Positions 10,750-22,222 of a stretch of DNA of 64,000 nt are shown piece after piece. The stretch lies in IMG/VR virus record IMGVR_UViG_3300021387_003647; one strand, 5' to 3'. A model generated the notes under the pieces. It saw only the letters and a program-made list of their open reading frames with translations. It searched no databases and had not been told where the DNA came from. A program made the position numbers and the translations under genes. Position 1 is the stretch's first letter. The number at the start of each line of letters is the position of its first letter. The DNA comes from an uncultured virus (IMG/VR IMGVR_UViG_3300021387_003647) (taxonomy: Duplodnaviria; Heunggongvirae; Uroviricota; Caudoviricetes).

Positions 10750-10843
10750 TGTTTTACTGTTTTATGCTGCAAAGACAGTGCCGACGAGTGCAATCGAACT
10801 TGTTCGAATTGCCGGGCGCAGCCTATTCTCGCACTTTCGAGTG

Positions 10844-10851
10844 CAAAGGTA
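10844..10851 (-). promoter_or_regulatory. Bacteroidota-type -7 box TACCTTTG
   Basis: Matches TAnnTTTG; -33 element weak. Confidence 0.55.
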
Positions 10852-11027
10852 AGCATTATTTTCTAAAGTTGTATGCTTTTTCGGAGAAATTTTCATTTTC
10901 AAGCGAAAGTTTTCTGAATTCTTGACAAAAAGGTGAGCGAACCGACACAAAAAAGGAGCACTCCCGCAAGGAGAGTGCCCCAAACATTAACACAAATTAT
11001 GATAAGAAACGAAGATTAATCCCGTTG

Positions 11028-14000
11028 TTAAGATTCACTGCCGCCACCGACGCAGTACAGTTCTAATTGTCTGAGTCTCTGTCTTCCCGGAGTTTCGGAA
11101 CTAGAACCCAAATACGTATCTTCGTATATGTATGGCTTGCCGCTTGGAACTGGGCAGGTGACAACAATCTTAAACATAGTTTTGTCGTCTGTTGGCGGAT
11201 TTACAAGTTTTACAGTACAGTATGCATTGACAACCGGTGACGCTGTCGGATTCGTTTGGGTATAACCGATGCTTCGTACTTCGATAGCATTTGTTTCTTC
11301 AACTTCTGCACCACTTTCGTTGCACCGCCAGAACTTAACGTCAGATGCTTGTACTTTATCAGCATCGGCCGGAACGATAAATGTTTCCGAAATTGTGCTC
11401 CATTGCTTATACTGATGCATGAATACGAACGTAAATTCATAGTCGTGTTCTGGAATGAATAATCCGTACGTCACATCGCCCAACACTATTTTTACTGTTT
11501 CCTCTGTAATATCAATGTTGCTAAAGGTACACATTGTCGGGAACGAGAACTTCTGTATGTACATATTGTTGTCAGCAGTTGTGATAACCAGGTTATACTC
11601 TTCATACGAACCGATGTGATAACCGTTTCTGGTTGTCCGACCGGTGAGTACGTGGTTTGAACCGTCTAATCCTGAACCTACCCATTGGTTGTCGCTGAGA
11701 GTACCGGTGAATATGTTTCCGAGTTCGTCGTTGTCCGTATTCGGATAATCGAACTTGATGCTCTCAATCTGATAGCCTTCGCCAGCTAGTCCACCGGGGA
11801 AGCAGTCGAAGTCTAACTGAAGGTCATTAAAACTATTGTATGCACTCGGCAGATTAAGCGTTCCTGCACCGTATTCCCAGAACTGATTATATTCGTAAGA
11901 ACTTCCGTCACCCTGTGGTGAACGTATCGAAGCCGTGTTGAGTCGTGCATACGCCAGATAGAATATTCGTGCCGTATTAAGACGTCCGACGGTAACTATC
12001 ATCGATATTGATGTCGGTAGGTCTTCGTAGTCTGGAATATCAGCAGTATTCGTCAGTGTGACATCTGTATAGAACAAATGGCTCTCTGAATCTTGCTGGT
12101 ATGCACTTACACTTACAGATACACAACTAGGCAATGTCATCGTTTGCTGAGAGGATGCATCTTCGAAACTGATATTCTCCGCAGTTATCAGCTGGTCTGG
12201 CTGAGTGTAGTCAGGAATGGTTCCGGTTGACTTTTGTGTAGCGTTCGTAATCTGAGTATGCCATACACGGATAGTCATCGTGTTACCAAGGTGTACCCCT
12301 AATACTTTATAACCCTCTGTAGGATCGGTCTTCAATTCAACAACATCGTCCAGTATATAGTCGAACGTATAAACTATTCCGGATGCATCATCCGGTAATA
12401 TAGCAGTATCATTGCTCGTTGTTACGATTTTAATTTGATACGGTTTTGATGCGTTCGAGTTCTTAGCAATGTAATATCCTTCTGCATCAGCACGCCCGAA
12501 CGTTCCGTCATATAATGAACCTATATCGACGGCTATATAATGTGTTGCATTGTAGAGTGCTCGTCTAGACTCATCAAGAGCACAAGTATACCACGGACGT
12601 CTATCTAAGAAGAAACGTGAGTTCTTACCAGTCTGACGATATGAATACAAGTTATTGTTACCGGGTACGATATGTGCTTTTGACTTATACGTCGGTGTAT
12701 TAATATCAACCTGCTCATCTATAAACTCGGGTATATTAGCGAAGATGATAGCTACACTACCGCGAGCCGGCATCTTAACTGGGCCGCTCATAGTGTTATC
12801 CCATATAGTAACAGGATCCGTTATTCTCGGATTTCCTCTAAAGACGCTAATATCCTGCGCTCTGAGAATCTTAACCAGGCTTATTTGGCTGACACTCACT
12901 CTACCGGTTACTGCCGGTATCCAATATCTGGACTGGGCAGAATCGATGCTGAGTGTAGCGGTGATGGTGCCTTCGGGTGCTTCCGGACTCTTGTTGCTTC
13001 TCAGCGTATAGAGACCGGTGGGCGATACGGATGCGATGACGACATCGCGGTCGCTGGTGGCCAGTCCGATAGTTCCGCCGTCGTATGCCCAACCCAGGTT
13101 GTAGATGGTGCCGGTGACAGGGTTCGTGGTGGTTGCCGAGATGCCGCCGCCACAGTTGATGCCGTCCTGACGCGATACCACACCGCCGCTCGACTGATAC
13201 TCGCTGGCATTGACGGTGACAGTGGTCGTCTCGTTGTAAGCGGGCTTCAGGTTGGCACTGCCGGCATTCAACTGGACTACCGGACCGACGATGCCGACGA
13301 ACGACAAGTCGTAGGTCTTCGTTGCTCCGCCGCCCGTTGCCAGATAGACGAAGTGAACCCGGAACGTAATCTGCTGGCCGGTATAGAACATTGCTCCGCT
13401 GGTCTCGTTGTATCCGTACAGATCCTCGTCCACATCGACCCATACTTGGAAACTGGTGGTGCCGGTGCCGCTCTTGTTGAGTGTGAACGGCTGAGACAGT
13501 CCGCTGTCCATCGACGGTGTGATGTCGACGATAGTCTGTGCCAAAGGAATATGTCCGGTGACAACAATGGCCTCGCCCCAACTGATAGGACTTAGCGGAA
13601 TGTTGTTCTTGCCGCCCGTCCATGCCGTTGAGGACTGTCCGTTGTGGAACGTGATACTGTCGATGACCACCACTTCTGCTACGAGCAGTTCCGACGACTT
13701 GTTCGGATACCAGTGGTTGATGTTCTGGCCGGCGATGCTGACAGTACCGGTGATGGTTCCCTGCTGCGGGGCACTTGCGCTGGTGACTTCAATGGTCCAG
13801 GCACCGCCGTCGTTCTATACTTCGTGGTCGCCGCCAGGCGGAGTCCACGTGGTAGGTTGTGTCAGCGAGAAGTAGTCGCTGATGTTGTTCGTGCCGCCGG
13901 TGTATGTGAACGTAGTGGTGACATAGTGGTTGATGCCCGTATAGTCCGCCGCATCGATGATGGCTGCGTTGTTTCCCACACGGTGTCCGCTATGGATGAT

Positions 14001-17000
14001 GGCTGAGCCGTTCCAGTACCACTCGTGGGCGCGGTTCATGAAGCACTGGAACACCTGTCCCTGCTGAGGCTTCAGTGAAGTGTCGGTGCTCCATATCTGA
14101 CAAGCATAGGTGATGACCGGTCCGACCTTCAGTTTCAGCGGCGAATCGAAGAAGTCCGCAGAACCGTCCCTCTTGATATGTACGTTGAATGGAATCTCCT
14201 GGTAGGAATGGTAGATGGGGTTGGTGGCCGAGTCATGGTCGTCGGAATAGGTATCGTTGACGTGGGACAGGTCGTCGCCAACTTTGACGTGGAACACAGC
14301 ATTGTAGTCGCTGGTGCCGCTGACGGCTTCCACTGTACCGGTCAGTGTAGAGCCGTTCTGTAGTGTGGCACTGACGGGCATGAACGTATTGCTGCTGTCG
14401 GCCAGGGAGAGTCCGTGACCGTCACGGAACTTCGCATAGATATGCAGCACGTTCTCACCGGAGCCGGAGCCGCGCTTGATGGGCGACAACAGTGCACCGT
14501 CCAGGTTTGTAGAAACGGCTTCGGTGTTGCCGTTCCACCATTTCACCTGGTGGATAGTAAACATCTTCGAGCAACTGAGTGTAGCATACTTCGTTGACTT
14601 GCCGTCGTACCAGTGCATCATGCTGATAGCCGCTGTGCCGTCAGAGACTTCTACCCTACCCAGCAATGTTCCGTCGTTGATGTTGTCTTCATCGACTACA
14701 GTGATGCGCCAGACACCGCCGTCCTTATAGTAATGCTGATGACTGTCGTCGGCCGCAGTCCACGTAGCAGCGTGCTGTACGGTCATCAGCACCGTAGTGC
14801 CATCGGTGTCGCGAACTTCCCACTGCTTGTCGTAGTTGTATGGTTCGTCGCCGGGAGCGAACGTATCCTGATGGGCTTCTGCCGGTGTAGGATTCTCTGT
14901 AAGCGAAATACCGGTGGGATACTCCCACATAACATTGAACTGTCGGCCCGTATCGGTAGTGATGCTGCTGCTGATGGCACCGTTGCTGGTAGAGACGATG
15001 TCGTTCTCGGCGTTCTTGAACCACTCGTGACCGCGCAACTGTGCAATGGTGAAGTTGTCGTTCTGTATATTGAACGCAGCATCACTGGCATTGCCAAGCA
15101 GCGGTAGGTTGTTGTGGAGTGTGATGACCGGACCGAGCTTAACGGAATAAGTAACGTTCAGTGTTCCTCCTCCACCGGCTGTGGTACGCGGAACACTTAC
15201 CGTGAATTCAACCGGCATTCCGGTGTAGTACCAGCGAGTGTCGTCATGGTCGGAAACACCACCGAGGTCGGCCAGTGTACTGAACTTAACAACTAACTGA
15301 TAGTCGGTACCGGAATGAGTTGCTATTGTTGTAGAGATATGCGTCAGACGTGTGTCGTTGAGTGCTACGGAGGCGTCTGCTGCGTTGTAGTTGCCCGGTA
15401 TGCGTAACTTCAAGCGAATCTCTACGCAGTTGTTTTCTGCAACCGGCGACAGGTATGCAGTATCCAGGTTTGTAGTTTCCTGTTTTGTAGTTGAACCGTC
15501 GCTCCAGAATACTTTCTGAATAATCATCTCGCGTGCTGCAATTGCCGAAGCAGTCTTAATGGTTGTAGTTCCTACTTTCAACGATGAAGTGAATGTACGA
15601 GCATCAACAACATCATCTTCCGCTGTTACGTGATAGCGGATGCGGTTGTTTGTTGTAGAATCCGGTCCACTGACAGTGATAGTCAGATGAGTCAGGTCGC
15701 TGACCTGTGTATCGCCGGTATTCGGGACACCCGTATTGAACGTCGGGTCGCCTTGTGCAGCATCGGGCAATCGACTGCTAGTCTTTGTGCGGATATGATA
15801 TACCAAATCTACATCAGTCTGGCCGGCATTGTTGATTGAGAACGACTCGCTTGTATAACCGAAGTGTATAACAGGCTGAATCTTGAACGTAGCATCTGCA
15901 TCAGCTCCAAGACTAATGTTTGTATCATAGACATGGACTCTCATTGTGTATGTCTCGTCGCTACTGAAGAACTCAGTGCCGCCTTCTTCGATGGGAACTT
16001 CCCACAAGTCGCTTGATGTGGTAGTAACTGAGAACTCATAGACATCGGTCTGACCGGATACTGCCGTTGCCGAACTGACTGTAGTGAACATACGGCTGAG
16101 ATTCTTGCTTCCGGAAATAAACGACAGAGTTGCTGTATGAGTAGAGTCAATTGGGAACGGTGACTTGAAGCGAACTTTGATGTTCACACCAGTAGAGTAG
16201 TTCTGTCCAGGCAGACGCTCTGAAATTGCCTTGTTGCGATCGCCTACAGCAGTCAGTGTTGCAGCAGTCAACGATGAACTGCCCAACGGTTTGTACTGTA
16301 CTTCTGTAATGGTGAATTCACCGAGAGATGATTCTACATTAGCAGACATCGTAAACGTAGTAGCCGTATCGTCGACTGTTGCCTTGAACGCATTCTTTGC
16401 ATCAGCAGAACCGGCACCCGGAGTAAAGTCCAGGAACTTAGCATGACCGTCGCCTGTAGTACCATCGATAATCAGACCGGTAGCCAGCGTCTCACTGTAT
16501 GACGTGCCGTTGATGCTGACGCTTATCTTGTTGTCGAATGTACCGGAATTCAAGACCCAAGTATTTGATGTAGTATTCCATTCCATACCCGGCTGCATGA
16601 TACGCAACATAGGAACCGGCTTCACACTGTGCTTGGTGCCGGTGGAGTCGGTAAATTCAGGACCGAACACGAAAGTACCGTCAGCCTCTGTGCTAGCTGA
16701 CGACAACGTGCGGGCTTCTTCATAATAAAGTTTAGAATCATTATGAGCCCATCCGTTGCTGCTCTGCCATATGTACTGTCCTTGCTTCATATGATAAGCA
16801 ATGATTTTCAAAGTGCCGCTTCCGGTAATACTTAACTTGACAGTTCGAGACGGGAACGATTGTACGTCACCGTGGAGAGATATTCCGCTATATGTAAATA
16901 CATTGGTAGTAATCGGGTTGTCAGTGGTTGCTTCGAGTGGTTTGAAATAATCAGAACATAGCAGTTTCTTGATACCGACGGATTCGACTATTAATCTCCA

Positions 17001-19400
17001 GCCGGGAGACCAACTGTTGATAATCATTTCAGTAGAACCGCCTTCACTTGTAGCATCGCCAGCGAACTTATAAGTCACTGTACCAGGAACAACTGACGGC
17101 TCAGTTGTCAATATTTGTCCGCCGGTCACAGTAATTCTGTTGTACTTAAGACGGAACGTTGCACTATCCGGCCAGCCAGTTGTCGGATAACGCAAGACAA
17201 CTACGTGGTCATAGATGTTGAATAAGTCAACTGTGACAGTCATCTCCCGGATATTCGGATTCAATATGATAGTATCATCGACGAAGCTTTTCTCTTCTTC
17301 TACCTTCTTCTTTCCGAGCCATTTCTTATGAGCACCGTAATCTACGTAAACATCAGCCCAGTTGTAGATAGTATGGTAACTAGCATTACGCTTAATCTTA
17401 AGTATCAATGACGGCTGTTCTGCTGAACCGGAAGCCCACGGACGACTAGACGGGAATCCAACCTGGAAATCTCCAGTAGTTGTAACTAGATAAACAGTGA
17501 AGTCGCCAATATCTTTAGAATCAGGAGTCTCGAATTTAATGGTAACAGCAATCACAGGCCGTACATACAGACTTATATTATTGTTTAATGTTTTCTTATA
17601 AACAATATCTTTGAAGTTAGCATCAGTCGGCGGATCAACTGTATCGCTCTCGGGAATAATTATATCGCCCGGCGCCCAGCTGTCAGTACCAGAACTGACA
17701 TATATATTAGTATAATCACTTTTAGAGCTAGCAAACCCATAGTTCTGGAACTTCAAGGTAAAGTAACCCGTCGCTGCATCAAAGTCAGATTCGTGAGTCT
17801 CATACTGCACGAACCAGAGATTATCGTTAATCTTATAGAGTTTGTATATGTTATTGTCACTAGAGAAATATCTACGAGCATCGTCTCCGTTAATCAGGCT
17901 TTTGGTACTTACTCGGAACTTCTCCGGGTCGGAGTATGCTACGTAAATCTTCACATTCTGACTCTTAAACAGTTCTTTAGCACGTAATGCGATGTGATAC
18001 GGACCTTTCGAGTTGGTAATCTCTGTACCGCTCTGCTGTATAGTATAGTCGAGTGTTCCGTTCTTGACAATATAATTGCGTCCGGGAATCGGTTTAGCGA
18101 CATAGCCTTCATCAGCAAACTGCCAGAACAAGTCCGGTTTAGACATATAAAGGTCATAAGAAGATGCATCGTACCAGACAGTACTAGAATCTGATGTTGA
18201 CGGGTCGAGTGTCGTAACAGAATAATGCACCTTAAACGCTGAATCATCGTGCGTTCCCAAGAGCGACATTTCCGGGCGCTCGAACTGGATGTCGTTGATG
18301 AGCGAGACAGACACTCGCCAGGCTTTCGGGTCGGAGGGCTGCGTCTTGATGCGTCCCAACGTCTGAGGAGACATCAGCACGATGCTGTCGCCGTCGTTCT
18401 TGCCGATGCTGGCATCCGGAATATTCTTCAGTTCCACGATGTCGCGCACCACAACATTGCCGTCGGAGTGCAGGATAATCTTGGCAGAAGGAATCTTCTG
18501 GCCGATGATGTAGTAATAGGTATCGTGGGAAAGATTGCTGACAGAGACCGTGCAGAGCTTGAGACTGGAGCGGGAAACACTCCACGAACCGGTGTCGGGA
18601 GTGACATCGGCACACTCGTAGGTGAAGGTCTTGATGCTGCTGGCTTCGCTGTAACTAGCCGGCAACACATGCTCGTGGAACTTGGCGATGTTCTCGCCGG
18701 TAGCGGCACTGTCGTCAACTACGTAGATGTCGGCACTCATATGGAGACCGTCCTTGCAGCGGAACTTTATCTGCTGGTACTCAGTGGTCTGCATGTTGTG
18801 GACGAGTTCGGCAGTGCTATCATAGTTGCGGGGCTCGCAGATGAACTCGATGTCCTGAAGGATGACCGTGACACTGCGGTCTGGAATCATCGCGGTGACA
18901 TCAGCAGAAGCCGGAACCTGGTTGGTACGGTAACGGCGGTTGGTGCCGGGAATGATACGCTCGCAGGTCATGCGCGGCAACTGGTCATCTTCGCCGTTGA
19001 AGAGATAGGTGCCGGTGGCAGAGCCGTTCTGGAACGTCACTTCGATGGTGTTGCGGGTGACTTCGGTGAACGAGACAGCACGGTCGTGGGGCAGGTTGGC
19101 AATCTTTGTGATAGCAGTGACTGCATCGACCGGGCCGGAGCCGTAGTACGTCTGTTTGATGTCGGGAGCATACGGCAATGCCTTGGCAACCAGTCCGCCC
19201 AGTGTCTCAACCTGACGGCGGGTGGCACCGGAATCTCCGCCGGCAGCAAAAAGCATATCGGGAGTGTCGAGAAGTTCTTCTTGAACTTCTTGAACATCCT
19301 GAGCGTTGTCTGGAGCGTTCTGCTCGGCGGGAACATCCGCGAGCACTGTCTTCCGTTTCTTATCTGTTGTTGTATTCTGTGTAGATTTCTTACGAGCCAT
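11028..19400 (-). CDS. Giant (~2790 aa) Thr/Ser-rich virion fibre/adhesin-like protein; one in-frame TAG at 13815
   Basis: ORFs 13815..19460 and 11028..13673 share a frame; the bridge (Q)NDGGAWTIEV...INHWY copies an internal repeat (DGGVWRITV...MMHWY); ATAAATA at 19427-19433; function inferred from composition. Confidence 0.75.
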
Positions 19401-19458
19401 CGTTATCTGAAAGCAGTATTTTGGTTTATTTATCAACAGAATCTCAGCAGTGCGAAAC

Positions 19459-19495
19459 AAAATCTGAGAGACCCGCAGTGAGTCTCTCAGATTTT
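19459..19495 (-). terminator. Inverted repeat AAAATCTGAGAGAC/GTCTCTCAGATTTT
   Basis: 14-bp perfect stem after the stop at 19514. Confidence 0.7.
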
Positions 19496-19513
19496 TATCT
19501 AAACAATGACTGT

Positions 19514-20053
19514 TTACTTCTTAAACTTCTTTAACTTCAGGAACAAGTCATCGAATTTGTCAACATTATAGTATGCTTTCGGGTCACCGAGGTTGATATA
19601 TCCGCTGATGCTCACTTCGTTCTCCCAATGACAACGATATGTTATCTGTCGGTCACCGAACAAGACAACTTCACCGGGTTTGCTGTCTTCGAAAGGAAAC
19701 TTACATTTCTCCGGACATTCGAACGTCTTGATTTTTATTCTCTTCTGAGCCCAAGCGGGATGGTCCCGTAAGTAATCATACAATGACGGCTTCTTTCCGT
19801 AAGGATTGTATGTTGTCATCAGACGAAGAAAAACATCTGGACTATACAAGACTTCTGTCAAAGCATTGACAATAGTACGATTCGTGGCAAAGTTGCCTTC
19901 GTTGATGGCGGGAATATACATACGCATCACATTCGGATACTCCGTCATTTGAATGAAGTATTGAACAACATCTTCTTCAGAGTTAATGTGGTAACGATAG
20001 TCTTCTTTATTGTCGTAACTTTTATCGATGATACTTTTCGTATAGTCTTGCAT
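19514..20053 (-). CDS. Hypothetical protein, 179 aa
   Basis: Tightly packed operon ORF. Confidence 0.75.
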   Translation of the reverse strand: MQDYTKSIIDKSYDNKEDYRYHINSEEDVVQYFIQMTEYPNVMRMYIPAINEGNFATNRTIVNALTEVLYSPDVFLRLMTTYNPYGKKPSLYDYLRDHPAWAQKRIKIKTFECPEKCKFPFEDSKPGEVVLFGDRQITYRCHWENEVSISGYINLGDPKAYYNVDKFDDLFLKLKKFKK

Positions 20054-20056
20054 AAC

Positions 20057-20530
20057 TCACTCAGTTTTCTTGTTACTAATGTTCTCTACTGTTATCAACG
20101 GCTCTGTGCCGGTATGCATTGCACTATGCGACATCACCGTATTCTTCATCATCTCCTGACTCTCAGCATCCATATCGAGATAACGCTGATGACGCAGTAC
20201 CTGATAGATGTCCCACAGATTATCAGCATCTTTATCAACACCGATACCATAGTCGGCATTGCCGCGAATGTCCCAAATCAAGTCACGCAACTCCGTGACA
20301 TGCTGCTCCACGAGTTTGCGCATCTCCCGGAACTCCGGTCCGGTATAGTCCAAGTGCTTCTTCTCCTGCACGAACTTATGCCAACGGTTCTCGAAGAAGT
20401 CGCGCAGGATAAAGTCCTGACCGCAGAGCAGTCGCATATACCACTCACACGTATGTTCCAGCAAAAACAACTGGTTGGCAGTCATCTTGACTTGATAAAT
20501 CTGTTCGTTGTTATCGTTCTCTTTCTTCAT
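20057..20530 (-). CDS. Hypothetical protein, 157 aa
   Basis: Operon ORF. Confidence 0.75.
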   Translation of the reverse strand: MKKENDNNEQIYQVKMTANQLFLLEHTCEWYMRLLCGQDFILRDFFENRWHKFVQEKKHLDYTGPEFREMRKLVEQHVTELRDLIWDIRGNADYGIGVDKDADNLWDIYQVLRHQRYLDMDAESQEMMKNTVMSHSAMHTGTEPLITVENISNKKTE

Positions 20531-20546
20531 AAATGTATCTTATAGT

Positions 20547-21263
20547 TTACATCATTGTCTTCGTTTGTATATTATATGTCGCTTTAGAGAGTTTCTCCTT
20601 GAACTTCTTCAGACCAGCCAGGAATCTCTCCTTGTCGTAATATCCGCAGCAGAACAAGTCGCACAAGAACTGCCACAGTTCATCGGGAGTCTTGTTCTCG
20701 AACAGTTCTATCAGTTGCTGTTTGTCATCGAAGTTGATGCGTTCTATTTCATCATTATAGTCTGCTTCTGCTTCTTCACGAGCTTCATCTTCTATCTTCT
20801 GGTCGTGCCAGGATAGTGCATCCGACTCGTAAGTCTCCAGGTAGTCAACGATTTTATAAGGTTCGATTTCGTCCAACAGACCTTTGTAGTCATATAAACG
20901 GTAGTAGTCTTCGAGCACTTCCAGCACTTGTTTCAGACTCGGGAAATATTCATCAACACAGGCATTCAGTCCTTTGTCTTCGTCTCTGTGATTCTCCCAT
21001 ATCGCCTCGAAATCATCACGGATATGGTCAATACATACCGATGCTTCATCATATTCACTAGGCGGATCGTATATGTCCGCTGCGTGAATGATGTCTGATG
21101 AAGACAGAAAGCCCTGTTCCAAAGCACTGTTCAGAATCTCTTCGAACTCATAATGTCCGAAGAGATTCGCTACCAGTGCATTAATCGGCATCTTCTTTTT
21201 CTGCTGCCCGTTCTTCTTGGATTTGTCTTGCATACTCTTGTCGTTTATTAGCGATTTCTTCAT
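20547..21263 (-). CDS. Hypothetical acidic protein, ~238 aa (start uncertain)
   Basis: ORF overlapping the upstream gene by 83 nt. Confidence 0.7.
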   Translation of the reverse strand: MKKSLINDKSMQDKSKKNGQQKKKMPINALVANLFGHYEFEEILNSALEQGFLSSSDIIHAADIYDPPSEYDEASVCIDHIRDDFEAIWENHRDEDKGLNACVDEYFPSLKQVLEVLEDYYRLYDYKGLLDEIEPYKIVDYLETYESDALSWHDQKIEDEAREEAEADYNDEIERINFDDKQQLIELFENKTPDELWQFLCDLFCCGYYDKERFLAGLKKFKEKLSKATYNIQTKTMM

Positions 21264-21939
21264 CTTCTTTCAGGAATTTCTCTGCTTCGGTAACGAACTC
21301 TTCAAACAGCACTGCATCAATCTCTTCATATCGCTCCCAGTCTGTCCAGTCGTTCTCTCCCTCCCACAGCACATTCTCATCAGCATCATAGTAGAGTTCG
21401 CAACCCTCCTGTACGGGAAGGTTCACTTCATAACGGCTGATCAGCGCAGGGTTATCTTCATGGAACACATTCTCGTAGTACGAGAGATACGGGAAGTGCC
21501 AGCCCACTTTCTGACCATAACGAGTGTCTTCGAATGGATTATACTCTACTACTTCGTAGATAAACGGATGATGCCCGGCTTTGATAAGTTCCTTGAATTT
21601 CTTCTCTTCAGAATCCTTCTTCGGCCAGTTCAGTATATGCACAGCCTTCTGTCCGTCAATCTTCAGGAAGTAACGTCCGAACAACGACTCATAGTCTTTC
21701 TTGTCAGCCGAATTCTTCATTGTCTCTTCTGCTTCAGCAATGAAATCAGCCATCTCTGAATCGTCTTTGACAGCAAACTCGTCATCTTCATCATCGATGT
21801 CGTAGTCAACCGTCAGAAATACGTTCTTCGGCAGGAAGAGTTCTATCTTCTTAAGTTCCGAAAGGTCGTCGAGCGAGAGATCCTGAATACACTGTTCACT
21901 CCACTCGGGCCATCCCACAAAATTAATCTTTTCTTTCAT
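21181..21939 (-). CDS. Hypothetical acidic protein, 252 aa
   Basis: ORF behind the class II promoter at 21968-21996. Confidence 0.8.
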   Translation of the reverse strand: MKEKINFVGWPEWSEQCIQDLSLDDLSELKKIELFLPKNVFLTVDYDIDDEDDEFAVKDDSEMADFIAEAEETMKNSADKKDYESLFGRYFLKIDGQKAVHILNWPKKDSEEKKFKELIKAGHHPFIYEVVEYNPFEDTRYGQKVGWHFPYLSYYENVFHEDNPALISRYEVNLPVQEGCELYYDADENVLWEGENDWTDWERYEEIDAVLFEEFVTEAEKFLKEDEEIANKRQEYARQIQEERAAEKEDAD

Positions 21940-21967
21940 CTGTTATACTTTAAATAATTTCCTACTA

Positions 21968-21996
21968 ATTATACTGCGGGAGAAGCAGAAAGTCTA
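21968..21996 (-). promoter_or_regulatory. Class II promoter TAGACT-N17-TATAAT
   Basis: Exact 17-bp spacer; motif recurs in the window. Confidence 0.65.
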
Positions 21997-22014
21997 GTGG
22001 AATATCCGCACAAA

Positions 22015-22218
22015 TTACTTAGCAGACTTGGAAGGTTTCTTTGCGGGAGTGCATCGGGAAACTTCTTTAACATAATAAGAACCGTCATATTCGATGACAA
22101 AAGCGGCTTCATGTGAACCACTTCCATACGATATTGACTTTATCGATGTACCGATGATTTCTCCGATTACTCCCTCGTCTGTCTTCCATCGCTTGAACTT
22201 ACAATAATGTCTGGCCAT
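22015..22218 (-). CDS. Hypothetical protein, 67 aa
   Basis: ORF 4 nt after the rtcB stop. Confidence 0.6.
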   Translation of the reverse strand: MARHYCKFKRWKTDEGVIGEIIGTSIKSISYGSGSHEAAFVIEYDGSYYVKEVSRCTPAKKPSKSAK

Positions 22219-22222
22219 ATGC

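Noticed and set aside
11028..19400. Diversity-generating retroelement target
   Set aside because: No reverse transcriptase and no adenine-variant TR/VR pair seen in the window
12885..19481. Long antisense or alternate-frame ORFs (e.g. 18249..19481+, 12885..13595+; also 6527..7591+, 57017..57757+)
   Set aside because: Shadows of GC-rich coding strands, with no motifs or promoters
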